From positions 4,145 through 68,144 of the IMG/VR virus record IMGVR_UViG_3300033066_001617: a stretch of 64,000 nucleotides of DNA, one strand, 5' to 3'. This DNA is from a virus (taxonomy: Duplodnaviria; Caudoviricetes). Numbering within the stretch: position 1 is the first letter of the stretch; the number at the start of each line of letters is the position of its first letter. Positions 34,778 to 43,921 of the stretch are shown one piece after another. The position numbers and the translations under genes were made by a program. The notes below the pieces were generated by a model. The model ran no database searches. It was not told the origin of the DNA and was given only the letters and a program-made list of their open reading frames with translations.

Positions 34778-35770
34778 TTAGAACGGCACGTCCCCGTCCT
34801 TGATCGGCCCAGATGCGCCGGTCTCGGATGCCTGGGCCTCGTCCGACGGATGCTGGACGGTGATCAGGTCGTCCTGGATGGCCTTCGCGAACTTCTTGGC
34901 CTCCTGGTAGAGGTCCTCGCCGCCCGGGATGATGAAGGTGCTCTCCGGCGTGTTCGTGAAACGCTTGACGTCGCCGAAGAACTTGATTCCCCAGCCGTAC
35001 CACGAACCCTGATCGTTGGACTCCGGCAGGGAATCGAGTCGATAGGCCGAGAAGAACATGGCCGGCGTGAAACGCTTGCCGGTGATGGGATTGACGATCA
35101 TGCGATTGCCGATCGTCGTGTTCCAGTTCTTCCCCTTGCGGAACTGTGTCGAAGACATCGACAGCACGCACCGCTCGTAGGACCAGTCGGCCGGATCGAG
35201 CAGGAAGGAATAGAACACCGCCGACGTGACGATGACCGTCCCGGCGGGCGTGATGTCCTTGCCCTTCTCGTCCCTCTTGGTGTTCTTGAGGGCCGAGTCG
35301 TCCTGCTTCCAGTCCTTGACCAGACCCCCACCCTTGTCGTCGCGCTTGCGCCACTCGGTATAGCGCCGCGAATAGACGACAGGAAGGACGATCAGGCCGT
35401 TCTCCTGCTTCCAGACCCGCATCGTCACGTTGTTGAAGAAGTCGCCCGGCTCGGCACCCTTGATGAATTCGGGAACCGTCTTGTCGACCTGCGGAGACAT
35501 TTTCTGCAGGATCGAAATGAACGGGATTGCCATGTCCTCGGTGGACACGTTCTCCCGACCCATGCCGGAGTCTTCTTCGAACTCCGAGAACTCGCTCCGC
35601 TCCTGGGCGGGAGCGACCGTCAGTCCGGACGGAGCATTGTCGACGACTGTGACTGCACCGCCGGCGGAAAGACCCTCGGTCATTTCGACCTTCGGTCCTT
35701 CGGTCACCGGCTCTGCGACCACCGTCTCGACGGGCTTCTCTTCCGTTTTCACACTGGATTCTTTCGCCAT
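34778..35770 (-). CDS. putative single-stranded DNA-binding / annealing protein
   Basis: DMAIPFISILQKMSPQV, GSWYGW, acidic C-terminal tail DGDVPF; lies in the replication module. Confidence 0.6.
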   Translation of the reverse strand: MAKESSVKTEEKPVETVVAEPVTEGPKVEMTEGLSAGGAVTVVDNAPSGLTVAPAQERSEFSEFEEDSGMGRENVSTEDMAIPFISILQKMSPQVDKTVPEFIKGAEPGDFFNNVTMRVWKQENGLIVLPVVYSRRYTEWRKRDDKGGGLVKDWKQDDSALKNTKRDEKGKDITPAGTVIVTSAVFYSFLLDPADWSYERCVLSMSSTQFRKGKNWNTTIGNRMIVNPITGKRFTPAMFFSAYRLDSLPESNDQGSWYGWGIKFFGDVKRFTNTPESTFIIPGGEDLYQEAKKFAKAIQDDLITVQHPSDEAQASETGASGPIKDGDVPF

Positions 35771-35838
35771 GGTACCCTCTTTGTTATTCCCAATTAAAGC
35801 ATGCCGATGGTTCAGCTACAAGCCGCGACTGCTCAGCA

Positions 35839-36414
35839 TCACTTCAAAGTGATCTTCCAGAACGGGTTCGGTTTGATCATGGCAGGGTCGATCACCTCGC
35901 CGTTGGCGACCATCTCCCGCACGAGCGCTGCCAGAGTCTGGAAGTGAATGTGCTCCTTGGACGCGGCGGGAATGCCGGCCTCCTTCAAAACCTCCAGAGC
36001 CTTCTGGGCGATAGCCTCTTCGCCCATGCCTGTCGCGACTTTGATCTCGAATTTGATGATCGAGCCGTGACCTTTCTCCCGAAGCCACTCGAATGTCTTG
36101 GACTCCGTCTCCTTCGGAATGCTGGGACGGAAATCCTCCTTGGCCTGAAGAGTCTCGCCGGTCGTCAGAGTCAACTTCTTCAGACCCAGGACTGTGAGGA
36201 TCCCTGGGATGTCGAACTGCTCCAGCTGATCTTGGATCTTCTTCTGCTGGGCCATCTCGGTTTCGAGACGAGCCATTTCGCCGCGAACCAGTTTCAGCTG
36301 ATTGGCGAGTTTGGTGAGGGAAAGAAGCTGGCCGTCCTTCCCTTCAAGACTTTTCAAAGCCTCGGCATCGGCCTCGAGATCGTCGAAGAATGCTTCTTCT
36401 GTGGTGTCCGCCAC
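35839..36414 (-). CDS. replication-module hypothetical protein (coiled coil)
   Basis: 191 aa; FEWLREKGHGSIIK; between SSB-like gene and SNF2 helicase. Confidence 0.6.
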   Translation of the reverse strand: MADTTEEAFFDDLEADAEALKSLEGKDGQLLSLTKLANQLKLVRGEMARLETEMAQQKKIQDQLEQFDIPGILTVLGLKKLTLTTGETLQAKEDFRPSIPKETESKTFEWLREKGHGSIIKFEIKVATGMGEEAIAQKALEVLKEAGIPAASKEHIHFQTLAALVREMVANGEVIDPAMIKPNPFWKITLK

Positions 36415-36450
36415 GGGTGCCTCCTAGATTGGACATATATCTTAGCACAC

Positions 36451-38199
36451 CTAAGCGGTGGCGAGAATTTCTCTGAGGTCTACAAGCATCGTAGCGACGT
36501 CAATCTTACCTTGCAGATTATTGACGATGAAATCATCAATGGAATGTTCAGTCTTCATATAGATGTCGGTGACTCTCTTTGTCTGCCCAGCGCGATGATT
36601 TCGATCCATCGCCTGGAGATAGATTTCCAAGTTCATATCGTAGCTGTACCAGATCTTGAATTCCGCCTCGTTGATGTTTAGACCGATACCACCTGTGGCC
36701 GGATTCATGATGATCCGGTTATGTGTCTTGGAATCTTTGAATTGCTGAAGGGCGGCAGCGCGCTGACTATCGTTCCCAGCATAGATCAAGTAAGGCATAT
36801 CCGCCTTTTTCATCTCTCCGCCGAGCAACGTCACGTCTGGGCGGAACTTGGCCCAGATGATAGTCTTTGAAGCGTCTCCGATTTCCTCCAGTGTCGCCAC
36901 CGTTTCGGCAGCCCGATTGGTCGGAATGTCAATGTGTTCTTTCTCTTCGGTCGTGGCGTGACCGCAGAGTATCTGATGCAGTCGCATGATGCGCGTGATC
37001 GCAAGCGCGCCGGAAATAATGTGGCCGTCCTGGGTCTCTGTGATGAAATTCTTCTTGAGATCTTGATAGATCTTGAACTGATCAGGATGGAATTCGACGA
37101 TGCGATTCATCGCCATACGTTCTGGTAGATCCAGACAGTCCACCTTCAGTACGCGATAGCTGTAGGCGTCGATCTTCTGTTGCAACTCCTCCATATTCTT
37201 GTACGATTTGACTTGTTTGTTTTCCCAGCCTCCCATGACGCAGTAGTAATTCCTGAAGTCCGTCATGTACGGCATGCCCAGGATATTCTCGTCCAAGAAA
37301 TTGAACTGAGACTGAATATCCATTGGACCCTGGGTGATCGGTGTGCCAGTCGCAATCCTGCGATACGTGCAGAGTTTCCCGACCATGATAATGCCGTCGG
37401 TACGTTTTGAACTCATATGTTTGATACGAGAAGATTCGTCTACGATCATAAGAGTCTCACCCATTTCGCAGAAGCGCATCGCGAGAGCACGACCCTTGTC
37501 TGTCGAGAACGCATCGACGTTCATCGCCAGGATCTTCAGATAACCCATTGGTAGGCGGTTGATCTTCTCCTCAACATCCTCGGCCTTGGAGGCAGAATAA
37601 AGAACACTGATCCACTTGATCCCTTTCGGGGCATGGACCGGAAACTGTTCCTCCAGCCATTGACGATGAACACCTTTCGGCGCCACGATAAGAACTTGTG
37701 TGATTTTGACTTGCAGAAATAGATAGATGGCAGTGTCGATCAGGACTTTCGTCTTGCCCGTGCCCATTTCCATGAACAGCCCAAAGGCTTTCACATCACG
37801 AGACAGCATGAAGGCGCGAAGCTGATGATCGAATGGCTTTGTGCCGAATTCGTAATTGATGCCGCCACATTCGGCTATCAATTGTTCGGTGGTTAGATGC
37901 TTCCGAGATGTAATGACTTCGGCTGCATTGTCGGCATTACCGAGTCCTTCTAGAAATTGATGAGTGGACTCTTCCCAATTGATCTGCGTCGGAAGATTGT
38001 TTATGAAATGTCGAATAACCTGACCCTTGGGCTGGAGCCAGAGAGAACTGCCGACCCACTTCTTCTTTCCAGGGGCTGAGTTCCCAACGTCCATGAATTT
38101 GGCGAATATCTTACCAGAGATTATCAGGTACTTTCCATTAAATTCTGCTGTAAGCGGGCGGCCCGCTGCATAGGGCTGGAATGGCGCTTGGCCTTGCAT
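36451..38199 (-). CDS. SNF2-family (SF2) helicase
   Basis: PFDHQ, MEMGTGKT, IVDESS, ATGTP, TGGIGLN, QAMDRNHRAGQ. Confidence 0.9.
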   Translation of the reverse strand: MQGQAPFQPYAAGRPLTAEFNGKYLIISGKIFAKFMDVGNSAPGKKKWVGSSLWLQPKGQVIRHFINNLPTQINWEESTHQFLEGLGNADNAAEVITSRKHLTTEQLIAECGGINYEFGTKPFDHQLRAFMLSRDVKAFGLFMEMGTGKTKVLIDTAIYLFLQVKITQVLIVAPKGVHRQWLEEQFPVHAPKGIKWISVLYSASKAEDVEEKINRLPMGYLKILAMNVDAFSTDKGRALAMRFCEMGETLMIVDESSRIKHMSSKRTDGIIMVGKLCTYRRIATGTPITQGPMDIQSQFNFLDENILGMPYMTDFRNYYCVMGGWENKQVKSYKNMEELQQKIDAYSYRVLKVDCLDLPERMAMNRIVEFHPDQFKIYQDLKKNFITETQDGHIISGALAITRIMRLHQILCGHATTEEKEHIDIPTNRAAETVATLEEIGDASKTIIWAKFRPDVTLLGGEMKKADMPYLIYAGNDSQRAAALQQFKDSKTHNRIIMNPATGGIGLNINEAEFKIWYSYDMNLEIYLQAMDRNHRAGQTKRVTDIYMKTEHSIDDFIVNNLQGKIDVATMLVDLREILATA

Positions 38200-38261
38200 G
38201 GGTGTGCCTGTGAGCCTGTTACCGCTTAGGGCTGTACCGCTTTAAGCCGCGCGCCCGCGCA

Positions 38262-38276
38262 CGTACTGGCACGTTT
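38262..38276. repeat. dispersed intergenic repeat, copy 3 (reverse orientation)
   Basis: Reverse complement is AAACGTGCCAGTACG, identical to 26552-26566. Confidence 0.8.
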
Positions 38277-38288
38277 TTGGCTACTCTG

Positions 38289-38720
38289 TTAATGCCCTAT
38301 GAAGTCCATAAGAGCCTTGTAGTCAATGGAGCCTTTGCAGACCAGCGGGGAGAGATAGGCCAGATTCTCAGCAGTCAGTGGCTGACGAATCGCTGTGGTC
38401 CACTCAACCTCTGCCTTGGCTCGGAAGAAATAGAACTCTTTATCCATGGAGGAAAAGAATACGAAAGCCTTTGCATTGTCGTTGATGGAGGCCCACTTAC
38501 GAAGAAACAGACATTGCTCAATTCGCATGGGGACAGTGATGATCCCATGGAGAGGTCTCGTCGGAGCGAACTTGCTCTCAATCCACCCTCCTTGGCCGGT
38601 CAGTCGTGAAAGATACGAAATGTCGGGTAGCCCAGCGAGTCTGGTCTCTACCCTGTGGAAATAGAAGGCCCCATCGAGTCCGCGGATGAATGCCCTTGAG
38701 AAATCTGCTTCAGAAGCCAT
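38289..38720 (-). CDS. PD-(D/E)XK nuclease (VRR-NUC / resolvase-like)
   Basis: RVET..AGLPDI...WIESK...Q..F motif. Confidence 0.75.
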   Translation of the reverse strand: MASEADFSRAFIRGLDGAFYFHRVETRLAGLPDISYLSRLTGQGGWIESKFAPTRPLHGIITVPMRIEQCLFLRKWASINDNAKAFVFFSSMDKEFYFFRAKAEVEWTTAIRQPLTAENLAYLSPLVCKGSIDYKALMDFIGH

Positions 38721-38729
38721 GAAAGATTC

Positions 38730-38987
38730 CTATAGACCCTTGACGGCTTCCTGACATGCACGGGCTTGGTCACGCATGCGACCATAGTCCGTGATCATCT
38801 GGGCGAGATGAGATTCAGGAGGAAGCGCCATGAGCTCATCGGCAGCTTGTGCCTGGAACTCTGCAGAGTACTCCTGGACCGGAAGGCAGACTGTGAGAGT
38901 CGGTCTAGAACTTACCGTCTCGCAGCCGACCAGCAACATCACTGCGAGAAGTGGGAGCCTTGCGGCCAGCTTCCGTGACAGCATCAC
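38730..38987 (-). CDS. o-spanin (Rz1-like lipoprotein)
   Basis: Lipobox LLVGC after a hydrophobic signal; overlaps the upstream gene. Confidence 0.7.
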   Translation of the reverse strand: MMLSRKLAARLPLLAVMLLVGCETVSSRPTLTVCLPVQEYSAEFQAQAADELMALPPESHLAQMITDYGRMRDQARACQEAVKGL

Positions 38988-39147
38988 TCACCTTCCTGTC
39001 TGCTTCCATGCTTTTGATGTACTGATCCTGCTGGGCCTGACGTTGAATGCTGCGCTTCCAGCGCCAATAGATGATGGCGCCAGCGACGGCAGCCGCGCCG
39101 ATCGCCCAGCCCTGCCACGGAATGAGTCCGAGGAGAGTGCCGATCAT
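38905..39147 (-). CDS. i-spanin (Rz-like)
   Basis: N-terminal TM plus a coiled-coil periplasmic part; overlaps the o-spanin. Confidence 0.6.
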   Translation of the reverse strand: MIGTLLGLIPWQGWAIGAAAVAGAIIYWRWKRSIQRQAQQDQYIKSMEADRKVSDAVTEAGRKAPTSRSDVAGRLRDGKF

Positions 39148-39371
39148 TGTTGCTTCCCGATACTCGGATCTGGAGCCAGATCCGTACCGGACTTCCGATT
39201 ACGGAGCGTGTAGACCAGTGCGTTGAAGATGGTGACCAAAGAGAGGCCGATCTGTGCGGACTCACCTTCTGTCAGGCCGATTCGAGACCCGAAGACCGCG
39301 ATGAGGGCGCCGACAGTCTGTCCACACGAGGCCCAGAACTTGTTATACTTTCCGAGATTTTCCACGATCAC
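39144..39371 (-). CDS. holin-like 2-TM protein
   Basis: Two hydrophobic segments and a basic C-terminus; coupled to the endolysin. Confidence 0.55.
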   Translation of the reverse strand: MIVENLGKYNKFWASCGQTVGALIAVFGSRIGLTEGESAQIGLSLVTIFNALVYTLRNRKSGTDLAPDPSIGKQQ

Positions 39372-40147
39372 CTCAGAGCGAAAAAGGCGACGACGGCCAC
39401 AATGATCGCGACGATGATTGCAATGACAATCACCGGCGGACCCTTCTTCGGAGCGACCGGCTGGGCTGTCGTCGTAGGAGCCGGGGTTGAACGGATAGGC
39501 GGCTGGGAAGGAGTCATCGGAGCGTCAGGCGGCACCGACGAGGTCGGCTTTCGCCCAGGGAGCGGGAAGGAAGGATCAGCTTTCGTGACAGTGAGTCCTT
39601 CGGTGATAAACTTCTTCGCCCGCTCCAGGAACTCCATCCGCTCCTTGAGGCCGGTCTTACCGCCGTTGACGAGTTTCGTGACCTGGGCCACGTCATCCTT
39701 GTCAGCATAGACATTGATATTCTTCGATACCCAGAAGGCGCACGCAGCTCGTGTGCCCTGATCCGGATCGAGGAGAATGTCTGGATTGCTGAGGACATCG
39801 ATGCCGGTCAGACGCTTGAAGTCCGTATAGTTCCACCGACCCGTGATCTGGATTGGACCACGACCATGGAACTTGACTCCGTCACCCTTCTGGTTGTTCC
39901 CGAGACTTTCGCGGTCCTCATACTTCGCCCAGTAGCTGGGACCGCCATATTCCTCGAGAGTATTCCACTGATCCGTCTCCTGGCAGCACTGTGCCAGAAA
40001 ATGACAGATACGAAGTCGCGTCGTAATTCCGTATATCGGAAAATATTTGTTCATCGCCTCTGCAAGGGCGACCATCAGGGATTCCTTCGCGCTTCCTTTC
40101 TTCTTGACAGGACCGATGGTGCGAAGGAGTTCAGCCGTGATGATCAT
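39368..40147 (-). CDS. GH19 (chitinase-fold) endolysin with a Pro-rich linker and C-terminal TM segment
   Basis: HFLAQCCQET, TLEE, FHGRGPIQITGRWNY, VTKLVNGG..GLKER; C-terminus VIVIAIIVAIIVAVVAFFALR. Confidence 0.9.
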   Translation of the reverse strand: MIITAELLRTIGPVKKKGSAKESLMVALAEAMNKYFPIYGITTRLRICHFLAQCCQETDQWNTLEEYGGPSYWAKYEDRESLGNNQKGDGVKFHGRGPIQITGRWNYTDFKRLTGIDVLSNPDILLDPDQGTRAACAFWVSKNINVYADKDDVAQVTKLVNGGKTGLKERMEFLERAKKFITEGLTVTKADPSFPLPGRKPTSSVPPDAPMTPSQPPIRSTPAPTTTAQPVAPKKGPPVIVIAIIVAIIVAVVAFFALR

Positions 40148-40209
40148 AGAGACCTCTCAGGATTTAGATCAGTGTGCCACAGATTCTTAGCCCAGCAAGT
40201 CTCTTGAAC

Positions 40210-40614
40210 TCAAAGATACAGGTAGAAGAAAATCACCATCACAGGATACATCAGTAGACCCAGTCCGCCAAGGGCCAACCATCTCCCTCTGGAGAAAAAT
40301 CTCCTGAATCTAATAGACAAGAATACGTGAAGATGTAGGTACGAGCCTGATGCGATCAGGAACTTGATGAACATAAGCATCAGCAAATTGGTGAGGCCAT
40401 CTGCCCTGACACCAATCAGACGGAAATAGAAACCATAGGTGTTCTCAAGAAAGAGACCGGTACTCAGAAGGAAGATGCCGAAGACCAGCATCCTCATCTG
40501 GGGATCCAGTTGGGTTTTCCAGATCCAGATAAAGTAGACTATCGACACTCCCATCGTAGGAGCCAGGACGTAAGGATACAGTGGAAACAGCCACGGTCTG
40601 ATGTCAATTTCCAT
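40210..40614 (-). CDS. 4-TM membrane protein
   Basis: Four hydrophobic stretches in 134 aa. Confidence 0.6.
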   Translation of the reverse strand: MEIDIRPWLFPLYPYVLAPTMGVSIVYFIWIWKTQLDPQMRMLVFGIFLLSTGLFLENTYGFYFRLIGVRADGLTNLLMLMFIKFLIASGSYLHLHVFLSIRFRRFFSRGRWLALGGLGLLMYPVMVIFFYLYL

Positions 40615-40813
40615 CTTTTCGTTCCCCGCGATCTCGTACTTCCCTTTGATCGGTAAGCGACTTCACCTCGCTGATTGTCTCGCGAAGTGCCATCAGCGAA
40701 TTGTCCAGCCGACGATAAGCTTCCGCCACCTTATCGTTGTCATGCTGGACTTTCATTCTTTCCCCCACTCGCCTCGCCCGGGATGCTATCCCCAGAAAAG
40801 CTAGGAGATTCAT
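40604..40813 (-). CDS. small coiled-coil protein
   Basis: 69 aa, coupled. Confidence 0.5.
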   Translation of the reverse strand: MNLLAFLGIASRARRVGERMKVQHDNDKVAEAYRRLDNSLMALRETISEVKSLTDQREVRDRGERKDGN

Positions 40814-41049
40814 CTCTCCGATCTCCCTAGGAGAGTTTTGATCGATCCATTGAGATCGTAGATAGCGTCTGTCAGTCTCCCGATAACATCCAGACGTGAC
40901 TGAACCTCTTTCGCGTTGTTTTCGATGATCTGAAGCTTCTCGGCTCGTTCGTTGCTATAGAGCTTGATCAAGCCTAGAATGGCAATGAATTCAAGAGCAG
41001 CGATTAACCCCCCTTCAGTAAGGAGCTTACCGAAAACCTGCTCTATCAT
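40810..41049 (-). CDS. 1-TM coiled-coil protein (holin/antiholin candidate)
   Basis: N-terminal TM then a heptad helix. Confidence 0.5.
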   Translation of the reverse strand: MIEQVFGKLLTEGGLIAALEFIAILGLIKLYSNERAEKLQIIENNAKEVQSRLDVIGRLTDAIYDLNGSIKTLLGRSER

Positions 41050-41055
41050 TCTAGC

Positions 41056-41757
41056 CTACCCGTCGTTGGTCATTTCATTCAGGACCGCGTCCTGAGTGAT
41101 GATTTCCCCCGATTGGATCTTGCTACGAGCTAACTGATATCGACGATGCACCTTATCCAGATGATCGTCGATTTTCGCCACCATGTCCAGGAAAGTTACC
41201 CGAGACAAAGTGAAAACTTGATTGTCGGCCATGGTCCAGTCGGTTGTACCTTCCTTCTGGATCAGGAAATTGACGGCCCGAGAGTGCAGCTTCGCAAGAG
41301 AAGCCTCGTCGGTCTGCACGATAAGGGGTTGTGCAGACTCGTCGACGCGATATTCATAATTACGAGAAAGGCTGTCGCGAATAATCTTCGCCTTATCGAG
41401 CAGAGGCTTCTTTCGATCCTCTGCGCCAATCGGAACTAGGCGCCACTTATGAGAATAGGTCCCATCTTCGCCTTTCGTGATATCGTAGCCGATCTCGACG
41501 AACCCAGCGGGCACAGGGATCACGTCGACGAAAGAAATGCCGAATTTCTTCTTTTCGTCTTCGGACCAAGTCAGGATTGCGTTCGCATTCCATTGGATGA
41601 CCTGAGGTCCTTCCTGGGCCGGCGTCATCTTTTGACGACCACGAATGCCGCGCTTCGGCTGAACCTGCGCTGGTTCCGGGGGCATCGTGACACGAACAAT
41701 CTGGTTCGGAACAATTTCTGTGATCGAACCGTCCGGATTTTCTACAATCCAGGGCAT
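41056..41757 (-). CDS. tail fibre assembly / DUF4376-like protein
   Basis: C-terminal QTDEAS...WTMADNQVFTLS pattern; follows the fibre genes. Confidence 0.55.
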   Translation of the reverse strand: MPWIVENPDGSITEIVPNQIVRVTMPPEPAQVQPKRGIRGRQKMTPAQEGPQVIQWNANAILTWSEDEKKKFGISFVDVIPVPAGFVEIGYDITKGEDGTYSHKWRLVPIGAEDRKKPLLDKAKIIRDSLSRNYEYRVDESAQPLIVQTDEASLAKLHSRAVNFLIQKEGTTDWTMADNQVFTLSRVTFLDMVAKIDDHLDKVHRRYQLARSKIQSGEIITQDAVLNEMTNDG

Positions 41758-41798
41758 ACAGCACCTCCGATCCTGATGTTAGCAAACCCCTGGGTGAA

Positions 41799-42851
41799 TT
41801 AATATCCCGATTTCCAGGCCCAGAATGCACACTTGGCCCCAGAGGCGTTCCACGCCATGGAAGAGGTCAAAGTGAAGCCATCTGCATCCCAGGAAAGCAT
41901 GTCGCTTCCATTAGTCGCAGGGGCGCCATCGTTGAGGGGAATGTAGTCTCGATTCGGCGTTGTGCTATCTCTGGTCATGCAGATGTGCTTGGAGTTGTTA
42001 TCAAACCGGAAAAAGAGGATTGTGTCCGGCTGAAAGTTGAGAGTAAACTTCTGAGAAGCTCCAGTTCCGGTATAGCACTTGATCTTCTGAATATTTTCTA
42101 CTGATGCAGCCAGCAAAGCAACATGGTTGACATCTTGAACGTTCGCCGCCAAGCAAACTCGTAGAGTATTCGTGATAGCGAAGTTGCCATTACGAATACT
42201 GATATTGCCAGCCGACATGATACCGTCGTCGAAGATCTGCTGATTATCATCCGTGTAAACGTTGTCACTACCGTCCGTAAATTGCATGTTTCCCCAGGGG
42301 ACGGCAGAATAGGGTGGATAGCCAACAGTGGCGATCTCACGGAACCAGAGGAATGGGGCGTAGTTGATGAAAGTATTCGTACCGATTCGATAGAAGGTGA
42401 CAGACCAGAGGACCATTAGGTCCGGTTGAACACCCAACGCATGGGAGATCGTGCGAACTGAAGTTCCAGTGATCGAAGTGTTACCGGTCCACTTGACTGC
42501 ATCGATCCCAACGATGGGACTTCTCTTCAACTGGAAGTTGAGATAGGCCGAACCGTTTTGATTAATCTCCGAATAGGTCCCGACTGTGACCCCATCGATG
42601 TCAAAGCTCTTGACACAGTCTGTGCGTGACTGAGGACCGCCGGCATTGTCGCCTAGAAATTGAGTGTTTCCATAGAGATCGAAGGAGAAATTCCAGTGCA
42701 GAGAGTTGACTCTGTCACGGGACATGAAAATGCCCGGAGCGAACGGGGCGACAATCTTTCGATTGTCGACACCATTGCCACTCATCCTGGTCTTGTAGAA
42801 ACCAGGATCGATCATCACGGTGTCTTCGAACGTGCCTCCAGCGAGAAGCAT
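41799..42851 (-). CDS. tail-fibre-associated / receptor-binding protein
   Basis: Two repeats of the type WTGNT...ISHALGVQPDL and YTGTG...LNFQPDTIL. Confidence 0.55.
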   Translation of the reverse strand: MLLAGGTFEDTVMIDPGFYKTRMSGNGVDNRKIVAPFAPGIFMSRDRVNSLHWNFSFDLYGNTQFLGDNAGGPQSRTDCVKSFDIDGVTVGTYSEINQNGSAYLNFQLKRSPIVGIDAVKWTGNTSITGTSVRTISHALGVQPDLMVLWSVTFYRIGTNTFINYAPFLWFREIATVGYPPYSAVPWGNMQFTDGSDNVYTDDNQQIFDDGIMSAGNISIRNGNFAITNTLRVCLAANVQDVNHVALLAASVENIQKIKCYTGTGASQKFTLNFQPDTILFFRFDNNSKHICMTRDSTTPNRDYIPLNDGAPATNGSDMLSWDADGFTLTSSMAWNASGAKCAFWAWKSGY

Positions 42852-42860
42852 AAGATCACC

Positions 42861-43904
42861 TTACGGTAGGGTCTTGACACGGCGCACGCCGCTGATATAG
42901 ACGTAATTCGTATCGAAACATTCATAATGAAGAAGATTGATACACTTCGGAGTGGTATCAATGACGAACGGGATCTCGCTTGGAAATACGAAGACACTGT
43001 TGAAACCCAGGGTTCGTCCACCAGTCGTATCCTGGGTGAGTACGATCGTTCCCTTTTGGAACGATTTCCGGCTCGTAGGTGCTCCGAGAATAGTATTGCC
43101 GGTCATAGTGCCGATGGTGAAATTCTCACCGGCAGAGAAATCCAGGGTGACCGTAGAGGTCCAACTGACTGCCACCGAGGCGATCGCAGACCAGATAGCG
43201 TTGGACGAGACTGGATTGACATTGTCAGTACCGGCACGAACCTGAGCAGCAGTCGCCAAGCTGTAATCGATGCGACGCCATGCAGCCCAGACACTCGAAG
43301 ATTTGACTCGGATGTAAGATTCGCCGGTGTTGAGACGAGTCGCATACTGTGTCGCCGCGGTGCCATCGATCTTCATATGAAGGATGGTAAACGAGGCCGA
43401 CGAAGCTGCTGGAGCATTCGTCAGAGTCGCACCTCGGTAGAAACCAGTCTTGTCAAGATTATTGAGATCGGTGCTGCTGACATCTGCATTGATACCGACA
43501 CCGATACCACCAAGAGTCATCAGACCGAAAAGATCTGTGATAGTCACCTTCTTGGAATTGTTCGTATCGCTGACATCACCGAACATGAGCAGATCGGTGA
43601 GCTCAGGAGTAGCGCCCGTGAGGGTGCTGATCTTCTGGAACACGGCGTTGGTCGCCGTGAACATATGCGTGGTCGTATTGAATTGGCCGATTTCCACATA
43701 CTGATTTCCATCGTAAATCTTTAGGGAAATCAGCGTGGCGTTGGAGTTGTCGGTCCAAAGCTTACCCAGGAAAGCTTCTTCCGGAGCAATGCTGCCGAGA
43801 TTGCTTTGCTCAAGGGTACGAAAGATCGCATTGCAAGCCGCGATTAGAGCGGTGCCGGAAAGGGGACCAACTGTCGGTAGAGCGAGCTTTTGGGCGGCGG
43901 CCAT
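42861..43904 (-). CDS. tail fibre protein 2 (one pyocin-knob-like repeat)
   Basis: DLNNLDKTGFYRG...NAP...QYA...YIR...W.AWR; C-terminal LTQDTTGGRTLGF. Confidence 0.7.
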   Translation of the reverse strand: MAAAQKLALPTVGPLSGTALIAACNAIFRTLEQSNLGSIAPEEAFLGKLWTDNSNATLISLKIYDGNQYVEIGQFNTTTHMFTATNAVFQKISTLTGATPELTDLLMFGDVSDTNNSKKVTITDLFGLMTLGGIGVGINADVSSTDLNNLDKTGFYRGATLTNAPAASSASFTILHMKIDGTAATQYATRLNTGESYIRVKSSSVWAAWRRIDYSLATAAQVRAGTDNVNPVSSNAIWSAIASVAVSWTSTVTLDFSAGENFTIGTMTGNTILGAPTSRKSFQKGTIVLTQDTTGGRTLGFNSVFVFPSEIPFVIDTTPKCINLLHYECFDTNYVYISGVRRVKTLP

Positions 43905-43921
43905 GTCGGTCCCCTATATTC

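Noticed and set aside
29125-35797. Long + strand ORFs 29125..30348, 33673..34680 and 34526..35797
   Set aside because: They are antisense shadows of strongly GC3-biased - strand genes. Their products are Arg/Leu/Gly-rich without motifs.
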